Positions 21,651 to 32,896 of a DNA stretch of 37,342 bases are shown here, in pieces. Under the pieces are notes generated by a model. The model had not been told where the DNA came from and ran no database searches. It saw only the letters and a program-made list of their open reading frames with translations. The stretch is taken from contig JADGIG010000029.1 in NCBI GenBank assembly GCA_018985235.1, positions 1-37,342 of the forward strand, read 5' to 3'. The DNA is from Sanchytrium tribonematis (lineage: Eukaryota). Both the position numbers and the translations under genes were made by a program. The stretch's first letter is position 1. Every line of letters begins with the position of its first letter.

Positions 21651-21670
21651 AGATTATAATAAATTCGCCA

Positions 21671-24600
21671 ATGTTTACTATTGTATATTCCTTTTTTTCC
21701 TATAATGTTTTTGAACAAGCCACCCCAAAACCAAATATGTCTCGTCAACATTCTAATCAATCCACTGTATCACGCAGAAGGAAATCTAGCTCTACCTCTG
21801 ATATTACTGCTGGAGAGCCTCCAACTCCAATAATGAACAGATTTTCGAGAATCGTTGAAAGTTTGAATTTAGCATTAGCGAAACAAGGAACTAAAGATTT
21901 GACAAAGAAACGGAGCACTAGCTTTGCTAAAAAATCCAGCCAAACTTTACAATCTAGAAGCACTAGCGATTATACGCGAACTGAATCGAAACGAACATCT
22001 ATCGATAAAGGACGTAAAAATAGTATTCCAGAGGTAATAAAAACAGGAAGAATCGAAGATCAAAAATTTCCAGATATTTCTATGCTAGGAAACGAATTTA
22101 ACTTACTAATTGCTCTCAAATCTTCGTTGAATCAAATTTCAGAAATAAACATTGCCAAAAAGAAAGATAAAATAGAATTGGAACAATTTCTAAATTTTAC
22201 ATTACCTGAGATACTTGATAAATACTATGACAATGATAGGATTGTGTCTGAGTGCTTCAAAATTATCAAGGCATTTACTCTCAGGAGTGATTTACACGAT
22301 GCTGTTAAAATCCATCCCCAATTACTACTAATGATAATAGACTATATACCAGAAGAGAGATTAGAGGCGCAAGAAGTAACCAGGAAAAGAAGCTTGACAA
22401 GTAGTTTCCCAGACATTCACAAGCCGAATCCTTTGGTTCGAACCAGAACTAATGCTTTTTCAACGGAAGAGCTGCGATTGAAATTTGCCAAGATAGCCAC
22501 AGATAAAATAGCAAGTCACGATATTACTAGCCAAGACAACGTGATGGCTGATATTATACAAGCCTACGCAGATTCGATGTTTTTAGTGCAAAATTTACCA
22601 ATAGAAGAGAGGGAAAATATGATCGGCTCTCTATTAATTTTGTTCACGAAAATCGGAAGACTACTTAGTACCCAGAACAGACTAGCAATGGACTATCAAA
22701 TATCAACAGCTCTGCAAAGGATTTGCAGCGACATAACTGAAGCTATGCAGTCAGAGGTTGCGATATTATATTTATTTGATGAAGTGAAAAATGAATTAAT
22801 ATTAAAGGAGTACAAAGAACCACCACGAACAACGAAAAGTGCTTTGCCAAGCTTTAAAAAAGACGATAGAATACCATTTGGCTCGGGCCTAACTAGTGCT
22901 GCAATTTCGTCGAAAAAGCTACTAAATGTAACAAACTTTAAAGACAACTACTTATTTGATGCCGCAATAGACATTCACTCTACTTCTATATCACCACATA
23001 ATATTTTGATTTCCCCTTTTTATGCTGGTGAATCTAGAAAAGTTTTGGGAGTCATTATTGCGGTAAATAAAGTGAACAAAATATCAAATGGATATGAGAC
23101 GTTCAACATAGAGGACGAGGTTTTATTTAAAATTATTTGTTTGAATTGCTCAATATTACTGAGAAATGCCCTTTCCTTGGAAGATATCAAAAAATCACAA
23201 AGAAAGGTGGAAGTCCTTTTAGATACTACAAAATCTTTAAAAACCTTAGAATTAGAAAAACTGATAGAGGCTATTATGCAAGCTGCCAAAGAATTGCTAA
23301 ATTGCGACCGAAGTACCTTATTTCTTTTAGACAAGGACAGAGGAGATCTTTGGACTAAGATTAATCAAATGGACATAAGGTTCAATATGAATTTGGGCAT
23401 AGCAGGATACGTTTGCGGATCTGGGCAACTATTAAACATTCCCGATGCGTACCAAGATGCGAGATTCAATACAGAAGTTGATAAGAAAACCGGTTACAAA
23501 ACAAAGTCAATTCTTTGCATGCCAATAACAAAAACAAGTGGTGAAATCGTGGGAGTAATACAAATGATTAATAAGTGCAACGATGGAGTATTTACGAGAG
23601 AAGATGAGCAATTGCTAACAGCTTTTTCTTCTCAAGCTGCCATCGCAATCGAAAAGTCCTATCTGTTTAAAAAAACAGAGGAAATTCGTAACTATCTTAG
23701 CAGCATATTGTCAAGTATAACTAATTGTGTTATTTCTTTAGATAATGCCCTGAAATTGGTATCTTATATTGATTTAGAAGACAATTAATCATTCTTGGGT
23801 TTTAGACGCCATGCAAATTCCTTTAGAAATTGCAATGGATAGGCCTGCAACAGAATGGATGCCTTCAATGCTATTGAGAGATATATTACAAGTCGCTCAA
23901 TTTGCTAAACCAGTCTACGGAGTAGAATATTCGGTGGGTGACAAGGTTATTAATTATTCCATATTTCCATTATTGAGTGAAAGAGGTATTACCTTGATTA
24001 TCGAAGATATAACCGAAGAAAAGCGGGCAGTGACTACACTCAGTAGATACATGTCTCCAGAGCTTGCCAAGCAAGTGATGCATGATAGGCAACTTGGAGG
24101 GGTTCGTAAAGAAGTCTCTGTGTTATTCACAGATATTCGGGATTTTACGAGACTGAGCGAGAGAATGGACGCTCATGAAGTTGTCTTATTTTTAAATGAA
24201 TATTTTGATAAATGTATTGATGCAGTGATTCTCAACAAAGGTATTGTAGATAAGTTTATTGGGGATGCCATGATGGCAGTCTTTGGTGTTCCATTTATTG
24301 GCGAAAACGATGCTACGAATTGCTGTAAAAGCGCCTTGCAAATAATTGCTAGGCTCAAAGTTTGGAATCACGAAAGAGCTTTAAATAAACAAGACCCTGT
24401 AATAGTTGGTATTGGAATTAACACTGGCGAGGCACTCAGTGGAAATATTGGCTCGGATAAGAGAATGGAATTTAGTGTTATCGGTGACTCTGTTAATACC
24501 GCTAGCCGTGTAGAGGCGTTGACCAAAATTTATAAAGTTCAGTGCCTGATTACAGAGAATACAATGAAAAATATTGATGTCCGACAATTTTTGATTCGAG

Positions 24601-24863
24601 AAATTGATAATGTTATACCTGTTGGAAAATCTTCACCAATTAAAATCTACGAACTCATTGGAAACGCAAGAGACTCAACCATGGTGCAAATACAAAATTA
24701 TCATGCAGCATTGCAGCTTTATTATGATAATAAGCTATCTGATGCGTATTCACAATTTTCATATTTATCTGACCCATGCAGTCAAGTGATGGCTGAAAGA
24801 TGTCAAAAGTTGATGCAAGATAACGATGTTTTTTCGGGTATATACAAATTTACAACTAAATGA
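21671..24863 (+). CDS. GAF-GAF-PAS class III adenylyl cyclase (CyaB-like); join(21671..23758,23778..24863); start may be ATG 21737
   Basis: Two GAF domains with NK..F..DE motifs, a PAS-like segment, cyclase motifs VLFTDIRDFT, DKFIGDA, GIGINTG, EFSVIGDSVNTASRVE, and a TPR-like tail. Confidence 0.9.
23759..23777 (+). other. 19-nt spliceosomal intron
   Basis: GTATCTTATATTGATTTAG. Joins ISLDNALKL to KTINHSW, keeping the PAS-like segment continuous. Confidence 0.92.
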
Positions 24864-24921
24864 AAATTTGATTCACAACATTTAATATTAATAAACAAAT
24901 TTGAATTTTCAAAATATTTTA

Positions 24922-26851
24922 TTACGATAATCGCACCTCTTCTGCTCCTAAAGCAGTTACTCCACGCGCGGTTTGAATCTTTCGTCTTACTTGTCTTCTA
25001 TGAAGCAAAATCATGCTTACAAATACAATTGCAACTACATTAATGATAACTACATAATATTACAGCACCAACTAATCCACCAAATAGATAATAATTTACC
25101 TCATTTTCTTGGATTTGCCTACTTGCACCAGTGCCTGCATTTTTCGTGACAGTATTAAATATAGTGTACACAGTCTTGTTTTTTGGAGGCACTGTGATGT
25201 AAATAGGATTTGTGTTTTGAGTTTGGGTTAAATTCCCAAATTTAATAGCAGAATTTTGTTGATTGTCACCAAAAGTGTAACTTGTGTTAGTTGGCTTGTT
25301 GTATAAGAGTGGCAAAGGTTGTAAATATACACAACCTTGAGCAGGAGCAGCAGCAATCAACACATTGTTCTCAATCACCATTTCAGCTCCTAAGGTATCA
25401 GCTGAAAATTCAGTAGTGGTTCTTGGAGCTTTGAATATTCCCAACAAGTTGTAGTTTGCTGATTTGTCTACTAAAACTTGTTCATATCCTTCTAAATATC
25501 TCAATGGATCCAAATACTTTTGGAACATATAGACTTGACCTGCACCACTTGAGGAGGTTGGATCACTGATAAACAATAGCTCTTCGTTTTGAGAAACACC
25601 CATTTTCGCACCAAAAAAAGAACGCTTTGTTGAATCCGGATTAGAAACGGTAAAATTATTACCATTTTGACTCACATAAATCTGATCGCTTGCTCGAGGC
25701 GCTGCGATATAGGCATTGATCGTAGTATCAGTATTTACGGTGAAAAAGGATTCGTAACCGAACCAATCCTCTTCGTAATATTTACCGAAATTTTGATAAT
25801 ATTTCTTTGGACTTTTCGTATCAAATAATTTTGTAACAGTGTTATATTTGTACAAATACACAACCCCTCTACTCATTGTGTTGTCAGTTGTATTAACCTC
25901 CCAATCTCTCACACTCAACACCAAATTATCAGCACTATTTCCTACAAATTTGATATCTACACCCAAATCCGACAAAGGAATTCCACCTTTCAATGGAATA
26001 AATTGTTTAAATGAGTAAACATCATTGATAGATGGGTTATCAATAAAGTAAACCCAAACTCCTAATCTGCTGTGTTCGGAGTAAGGACCAACGACTTGAC
26101 CAGAAAAGGAAACAAACAAAGCATGAGCACCATCCCAAGCACGATTTCCTACAGCAGCCATAAATTGCTGTTCGCCTTCTTGACTGATTGCAATTTTGGA
26201 GCCAAACTTGTCATAACCTCTAATATCAATGAAGTCTGTAATCTTAGTCGTTGGTGACAAAAAATTGAAACTACTATCCAAAATAGGAGCGTAAATGATG
26301 TTAGGATTTCCAGTAAGAATTACATCATTGAGCTTATCATACGAATAAGGAATAACAGTAACAACACCAGTAAATCTAGCGTCCATTGTGTAACCTACAC
26401 CATCACCAGGAGCTCCAATGATTATATGATATTTGCTAAACTGCACACTGAACCCAAATAAATTATAACTCAAAGCGGCCGAATTTTGGGACTGCCATAC
26501 ATCCAATAGGTCCCCCGCATTATCACCTGGATATCGCACCTCAGCCAAGAAATTTTCTTGTACTTGAGTTGGAGATATAGTCTTGATACTGTAAATTAAC
26601 ACGCCTTGATACCATGGCGATCCAACAGCTAACAGCATTAAAGTATCTGTCACCTTTTTTGTAGCAATAGAGTGTCCGAATTGACCGTGGTACTTTGGAA
26701 ATTGATCCAAAAAAGTATTAATAAAATTAGAATATTGACCAACTTTAAACTGCATATCCGATGCATCTCTTTTCGAGTTGTAAGTAAAGCAGATCTTCTT
26801 GTTGAACTGATTTACTAATTGACTCAACGCTAGTTGAATTAGAAACATCAT
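24922..26851 (-). CDS. FG-GAP (integrin-alpha-like beta-propeller) type I membrane protein; join(26851..25054,25034..24922), 636 aa
   Basis: About 7 repeats such as FGHSIA..AVGSP, FGFSV..IIGAPG..GVV, FGAKM..ISDP..GAGQVYMF. Thr/Asn-rich stalk. The TM segment and a basic tail appear after splicing. Confidence 0.8.
25035..25053 (-). other. 19-nt spliceosomal intron
   Basis: GTAGTTATCATTAATGTAG. Removal completes the TM segment GLVGAVILFAIVFVSMILL followed by HRRQVRRK. Confidence 0.9.
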
Positions 26852-27293
26852 CAGATTATGACCTAGTCTGATTTGGAGCGTTTATTTATGTGCTATATAA
26901 TGACATAATTTATATGAAATAACCAGACTTTGCTAGAGAACTTTTGGATGGAGATTTGAAGGTCCTGAATATTTGAGCTCCATAAATTTTGAAAAGGAAT
27001 TTTTTAAAAACTCAAGGTCTCCTTGATGGACATTCGGCACAAAACAATCCTTTATTCAAAATATCTTTTATGTCAGTATAAAAGCTTACTACAAATATAT
27101 GTATATCCACATCTTGATAGTATCATAATGAGCCATCTTCAAAATTTGATTGAATTCATAGCAGCTTGTGTTATTTATATGCTATTCAAATGCGTTGAAT
27201 CGTTTCTGGATTTGACCATAGTAAATACAAAGGCTCCAGAAATGCGAACGCGTATGCTCAAGCATTTCGATTCCATATTTAATAAATAATTAA

Positions 27294-27584
27294 CTACTTT
27301 TGGGAATAACGGACAATGAGTACAAGAATGACAATTACAAACGTAATAAACATGGTCAAGTAGCAATATAGTCTACATCCGCCGTGCCTGATTAATCTTT
27401 TAAGCTTAATGCTGGCTTGGGATAGCATTCCCTCAATAGAACCCATATTCTGATGCATGTCATCAATCAAAAAATGAGATTCATTTACATTATTATTAAT
27501 GTCAATACTTATTTGGCGCAATGCAGTCACCTTTTGTGCTAATTCTTGGTCACGATTATCTCTATTTTGCCTAACATTGGACAT
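27294..27584 (-). CDS. BET1: Qc-SNARE, Bet1-like
   Basis: LAQKVTALRQISIDI..LIDDM SNARE helix plus a C-terminal TM segment. Start placed at the first ATG. Confidence 0.75.
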   Translation of the reverse strand: MSNVRQNRDNRDQELAQKVTALRQISIDINNNVNESHFLIDDMHQNMGSIEGMLSQASIKLKRLIRHGGCRLYCYLTMFITFVIVILVLIVRYSQK

Positions 27585-27615
27585 GTTTTGAAAATTATTC
27601 GATTGCGATAATTTA

Positions 27616-28698
27616 TTAGTCAAACTGAATTTTAGTTGGACAGGTTAATCTGACGTGGTTGCGGCCGTATCCCCAATTTTGAGATTTAAGTTTTTGATTG
27701 TTCTTTAAAAATAAATTGTGCCAAAACACACTTGCAAGTCTTTCATTTGTGTGCTTATTTGGATGGCTGCAATCAGTACTGCTCGCAATTGACCAGTGAT
27801 AGTCTTGAAGATTCATTTCTTCACTACTAGGGTCATAAATTATTTTAAAATTATCCGAAGTTCCTGTCCAATCTTGAAGCGGAGCCCAAGCTTCACCACT
27901 CTGGAAATCATTTGCGATATTTTTCAAGACAGAATTCTGACTCTCTTGATAGGCTTTCATGCCCTTGAGTCCCAAAACAGCTTTCTTTCCGTAAGCGCAT
28001 TTACAATGAAGTTTAAAAAACATTTGCCTCAGTGACGATTTGCAAGAAGGATGATCCAAACTAAGATCCACTAATTTTTCAAGGTTCCATAAGCTTATCA
28101 GATCAATTATCACATAGTCAAGATGTTTGCGGATATAGTCGATAGCTTGTCGGATATAAGTTTCAAAATGCTTAATGTCACTTTTTTTTCTATCACAATA
28201 TTTACACTGGTCATTCAAACCAATCCATAAAGCAACAATTTTCCATTTATGTCTGAGTTTCGAGTCTTTTTGGTAATTTTTTTCGACCCTTTTAACAAAC
28301 TCGATAGCTTGGCGCATTATATCACTCGCCAGCGCACCAGTAGCTGCCAAATTTAGTCCGTCATTTTTTACGTAACGATTAAATGGCCAATAACACAAAA
28401 TTCCGCTACAAATATTAGGAAAATGAGATTTATAACTACCGCCTGTGACATTAGGCTCAAAATGCTTAATTATATTAAACCAGCTAATTGAGTCTGGATC
28501 CGCTCCACTAATCGATGACACTCCTCTGTCCTCGATAAAGTTTCCAAAATTGAACCAACCAGGACTTTCTCTTGCTCCGTATCCTGCAAGTACGGAATCT
28601 CCGATGGAACCTACCATTCCAATATTTAAATCAGTTTTTGGGCATTGATTAAGATCTATCACTTCTTTTAATGCATACAATGTACATAATATTAACAT
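27616..28698 (-). CDS. Secreted SGNH/GDSL lipase, phospholipase B1-like
   Basis: IGDSVLAG, EDRGVS, LNLAATGA, WKIVALWIGLNDQC, DCSHPN. Confidence 0.88.
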   Translation of the reverse strand: MLILCTLYALKEVIDLNQCPKTDLNIGMVGSIGDSVLAGYGARESPGWFNFGNFIEDRGVSSISGADPDSISWFNIIKHFEPNVTGGSYKSHFPNICSGILCYWPFNRYVKNDGLNLAATGALASDIMRQAIEFVKRVEKNYQKDSKLRHKWKIVALWIGLNDQCKYCDRKKSDIKHFETYIRQAIDYIRKHLDYVIIDLISLWNLEKLVDLSLDHPSCKSSLRQMFFKLHCKCAYGKKAVLGLKGMKAYQESQNSVLKNIANDFQSGEAWAPLQDWTGTSDNFKIIYDPSSEEMNLQDYHWSIASSTDCSHPNKHTNERLASVFWHNLFLKNNQKLKSQNWGYGRNHVRLTCPTKIQFD

Positions 28699-28912
28699 GG
28701 GGTTTGATTATAACTCCCTTCGTACTTGTACTACGCCAATTTTCGCCATACTTTAAATTAAAACTTCAAGTTTGTAAAGTCCAGAAGATATACCAAACTA
28801 TATTTTTTACAATGCTGAAAATGTTATAGATAATACAGATAATACAGCATATCTTAACAAATAAATGTAATAAAATATAAAAATAATATTATCTCTGACC
28901 AATTTATTGCAA

Positions 28913-29815
28913 TTATTCATCTTTGTGCTCTTCCTTTTCTTTTTCTCCTAAATCAATAGTTGATACCTTCTTGCAAGTCACTAGTCCATAATGTCAAGTT
29001 ATCTCTTAGCAATTGCATAATTAGAGTTGAGTCTTTGTAACTCTCTTCGTTAAGAGTATCCAATTCAGCAATTGCATCATCGAATGCCTGTTTTGCTAAA
29101 TGGCACGCACGGTCTGGACTATTCATAATTTCATAGTAAAACACTGAAAAATTCAAAGCCAAACCAAGACGAATAGGATGGGTTGGAGCTAACTCAGTTT
29201 GAGCAATTTCGGTAGCAACTTTGTATGATTCGTGTGCTTCTTTAGATGCCTTGTCGCGTTTATCGCCAGCAGCAAATTCAGCAAGATAACGGTGGTAATC
29301 TCCCTTCATTTTGTAGTAAAATACCTTAGATTCTCCACTTTCAGAGTGTGGAATCAAATGTTGGTCCAAGACATTCAAGATGTCAGTACATACTTGAGAT
29401 AATTCTTCCTCAATTTTTACACGATATTGTTTGATTTTGTCAACTTGAGAAGCGTTTCCTTTTGATTCTTCTTTCTGTTCGATACTGCTTACAATTCTCC
29501 ATGAAGCCCGTCTAGCACCAATCACGTTTTTATAAGCGACACTCAAAAGATTTCTCTCCTCAACTGTCAATTCTGATCCGAGTTGTGCTACTCCTTTCAT
29601 GTGGGATACCATCTCATCGTATCTTTCTGCTTGTTCGCTCAATTTAGCCATGTAACTACGTTAGTAAAAAGTTAGTCAAAATGGTTCAAAGAATCCAGCC
29701 TTCATGTATAATTTCTAGTGTAAGAATTTAATAACTCTATTTTAAGATTTATACGGCGGATTCATGGATAAATCATCTTGACTGGTACATACACATTATG
29801 CTCGCGATCTGACAT
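28913..29815 (-). CDS. 14-3-3 protein; join(29815..29793,29655..28967,28947..28913), 248 aa
   Basis: Near-invariant 14-3-3 motifs. Splicing gives the N-terminus [13 protein letters not shown] and the acidic C-terminus [14 protein letters not shown]. Confidence 0.97.
28948..28966 (-). other. 19-nt spliceosomal intron
   Basis: GTATCAACTATTGATTTAG. Restores the acidic 14-3-3 tail. Confidence 0.9.
29656..29792 (-). other. 137-nt spliceosomal intron with long internal hairpin
   Basis: GTATGT donor and TACTAAC-GTAG end. Restores [13 protein letters not shown]. Inverted repeats span 29674-29783. Confidence 0.93.
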
Positions 29816-29961
29816 TTACTTCACTGTTTCAAATACCCCGGTTGTTTTTTGGAAACACTTGATTGAGGAATAATTTTTTTTCACGCCAAAAGATCACATG
29901 GTGGGTCCTAGTTGACTTCAGAAGCAACCTAAGGACTTGGTTAAAAGAAAAAATAATTTTA

Positions 29962-30526
29962 CTAGCAATTACACTCTTCACGTTGCTGTTCTTGCATGTT
30001 GATTTGAGGCTGTTGCACGCGGACATCTTTAGGCAAAAATTCAACTAAATAAAAATGAAATACCCATATCCTTGAATATCTCTTTTACATTTGTGCCATT
30101 CTTGGCACTGCATTCTTTATAATGTATATTGAGTTCCTTTGCCAATTCTTCTCCCGAGCATTCTCTTGGCAAATCAGTCTTATTACCAACTAAGCAGATG
30201 ATACAGTCAGTGTGCTGGTTAACTTCTTGTATCCATTCCTTCGCTTTTTCTAAAGTAATTGCATTATTGGTATCGAAAACTACTAAAGCCAGATGCGCAT
30301 TTCTGTAATACATTGGTGCTAAAGACTTATATCTTTCTTGTCCTGCAGTATCCCATATTTCGTATTTGATTACTGCACCATCATTTGTTGTAACTTGTTG
30401 AGTTAGAAATGCAGCACCAATAGTAGTCTCCTGATACTCGTGAAATTGATCCTTAACAAATCTTAATACTATAGATGATTTTCCTACTGACGAATCTCCT
30501 AATAGAACAACTTTTCTCGATAGCAT
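29962..30526 (-). CDS. Rab5-family GTPase (Vps21/Ypt5-like); join(30526..30064,30044..29962), 181 aa
   Basis: GDSSVGKSS, TIGAAF effector loop, WDTAGQERY, NKTD, SAK. The spliced form ends in the CNC prenylation motif. Confidence 0.95.
30045..30063 (-). other. 19-nt spliceosomal intron
   Basis: GTATTTCATTTTTATTTAG. Removal yields a hypervariable tail ending CxC-stop. Confidence 0.95.
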
Positions 30527-31133
30527 TTAGATTGAAAATGTTTCAAAATTTCCTGAAAGAATTTATTTGTCAATTGTAAAATTTGGTCAATTAAATATCC
30601 CCTATTTGCCATGCAGGTAATCTAAAAATTGTAGTGTGCCATTTACTTGTAGATTTAAAAATAATGTGCCCACTTTGGAAAGTCTTTATGATTTGCAAGG
30701 TCAGTAAAATCACACGGAAGTAGTTGATGAAATGCAATAACAAAGCCTGATTCATACAGCTTTTAGCCTTTTTGGTTTTACTTAAACTAGAATTATAATA
30801 CACGTCTCGCTTGCTTTCCATATTATAGTTGTCCAGAAGTCAACTGATGTTAAGTATGAATCGGACATTGTAATTTTTTGACAAGAAATTTACAATAATA
30901 AACACCTACCTTATTAAAGTTTATAATCTAGTTAAAAAATTGAAAATGTTTAGCATGATTTCTTCAGATTAAGGAGAATGTAGTAAATCTGAAGATCTGT
31001 TATTTATGATAGAGGCAGCGACACTGAATTTCAACAATATAAGTACATATACAATATGCCTTTGCGCCGTTCCCTTACAAAGACATCTGTTTCTCGACGT
31101 TTATAACTCAAACAAGTAATTTTAATTTGGTTA

Positions 31134-32885
31134 ATGATATTTAAAACATTTAGACTATTGACTTTAATATGGTTTCATTACAATAGATACTTGCTAAAGA
31201 AAGATTTGATTAAACCATTCAGCCCTGATGCACGTTATTTTAAGCCAAATGATAATTATGGCTTACTCAAAAAACCCATTAGACACGATAAATGTATATA
31301 CCCGTTTGATGAATTTTTAACAGAATTCGATAGATATAACTATGCACTTTGCCTCTCGCGTGTAAATTTATTAGAAGAAAATGACGCACAATCCGAGGAA
31401 GAAGCCTTGTTGTTCTACAAAATGCATTATGGGCCGGTTCCCCATTACTTTAGCAGATACTATAAATTTGCAAAGGAGAAGCAATGCAAAATTAACAGAT
31501 TTGATCAGCTATATAGACAATTAAAACCTTTTAAGAATACTAAACATCGTGATTATGATCAGCTACTTAGAACTGTCTCTGATTTCTTCAACAATACGCA
31601 ATTGACTTCAATTGAATTTGTAAATGGAAAGACCCATGTAAATGTGAATAGTGACAGGGCTGGAGCATATATTCCCATCTTTGAGAAAATTCAGGATCTC
31701 CTTCCAGATATGCATTTTTTCATTAATACACACGCACAACCTATAGTTATGCACAATCCCTCATTCAAAGGTTCGCGAACCAAGTTCAATCAACACAAAG
31801 AAGGTCTTGGAAACGTCGAGTTGACTGTAGAATCAAGCGATTCATCTAAAAAATCTATTGTTAAGTTGAGTCAAGTTTTAAAGAAAACTTGCGCAAAGGA
31901 TGATTATAGATCCTCATTAGAAGAGGGATATGGATTGTTCATAAATGCACCAGAGGAATACCAGACTTTCGATCTGCTCCCAATATTGAGTTGGGGAGGG
32001 TATCCTGGCTGTACTAAGGATATTTTAATTCCGTCTGTCTATCATTATGAATACAAATTAATGACAAAACACTATAGAGACTTAACTGAATGGGATAATA
32101 AGTATGATTCGATTTTATGGAGAGGAACAACTTCTGGCAGTCCTTTCTACTATAAAGAGAACCGCTATTACATGCCAAGCCATGTCTGTGTCAATAATTG
32201 CGTCGAAAGCCAATATAAAATCACCAAGCCTTTAGACTATTCGACTTATGTCTGGTTTTATGGTCATCGTCAACGCCTTGTGACATATTCTAATCTTTAT
32301 CCGGAAATATTAGATATTGACTTTGTAGATGGAGTAGAAGTTGCGCAAGAATTTACTGATGAAGCCTTTACTTTTTATAAAAAGGCTTTCCGGATACATT
32401 TTACACGATTTTTTGATTACAAGTTTATTCTGGATATCGATGGCAACGGCTATTCTGGTAGATTCTTGAAATTGCTTAGAGGAAACTCGTTGATATTTAG
32501 TGCTCACTATGCGATTGACTGGTTTAGTGATATGGCGATTCCATTTTACCACTTTATTCCAATTGACATTGGTTTCGATTTTATTAATCACCATACAATT
32601 CCGGAAAACATTAAGACACAAATGAAAGCACGCAAGACCTCAACTCCGAAATTCGATTTTGAAAAGAAAAACATCAAAGATGACTTTAACACTCCAATTG
32701 GTTACAACGATTTGGCGCCTAAATATCTATATTACAAAAATAACCAAGGACTTGCAAGAAAAATAGCGGAGCAAGGAAGTAAATTTGCCGCTAAATATTT
32801 AAGAGAAGATGATATGGACTGCTTTTTACTCCGCGTATTTATCGAGCTTTTCGAAATACTTCGAGAAAATAAACCCGAGTCTTAA
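31134..32885 (+). CDS. Glycosyltransferase family 90 (CAP10/CXT1-like), paralog 2
   Basis: WRGTTSG, HRQRL, YKFILDIDGNGYSGRF, DWFSDMAIPFYHFIPI. Collinear with 9184-10878. Confidence 0.9.
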   Translation: MIFKTFRLLTLIWFHYNRYLLKKDLIKPFSPDARYFKPNDNYGLLKKPIRHDKCIYPFDEFLTEFDRYNYALCLSRVNLLEENDAQSEEEALLFYKMHYGPVPHYFSRYYKFAKEKQCKINRFDQLYRQLKPFKNTKHRDYDQLLRTVSDFFNNTQLTSIEFVNGKTHVNVNSDRAGAYIPIFEKIQDLLPDMHFFINTHAQPIVMHNPSFKGSRTKFNQHKEGLGNVELTVESSDSSKKSIVKLSQVLKKTCAKDDYRSSLEEGYGLFINAPEEYQTFDLLPILSWGGYPGCTKDILIPSVYHYEYKLMTKHYRDLTEWDNKYDSILWRGTTSGSPFYYKENRYYMPSHVCVNNCVESQYKITKPLDYSTYVWFYGHRQRLVTYSNLYPEILDIDFVDGVEVAQEFTDEAFTFYKKAFRIHFTRFFDYKFILDIDGNGYSGRFLKLLRGNSLIFSAHYAIDWFSDMAIPFYHFIPIDIGFDFINHHTIPENIKTQMKARKTSTPKFDFEKKNIKDDFNTPIGYNDLAPKYLYYKNNQGLARKIAEQGSKFAAKYLREDDMDCFLLRVFIELFEILRENKPES

Positions 32886-32896
32886 AATGAATCTAT

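Noticed and set aside
26852..27293. ORFs 27023-27289(+) and 27175-27366(-)
   Set aside because: No recognisable motif and no consensus intron to extend them. Possibly a decayed gene.
29829..30048. ORFs 29829-30044(-) and 29863-30048(+)
   Set aside because: Shadow frames over the true second exon of the Rab5 gene.
30961..30995. 10-bp inverted repeat TCTTCAGATT/AATCTGAAGA
   Set aside because: A single short AT-rich stem is expected by chance in 37 kb.
30527..31055. ORF 30591-30821(-) and neighbouring protein-like fragments
   Set aside because: Multiple stops in all frames and no family signal.
31056..31133. 18-nt intron (31099-31116) extending the GT90 paralog 2 N-terminus
   Set aside because: In frame and plausible, but the GTT donor, AAG acceptor and length deviate from all supported introns. 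Needs RNA evidence.
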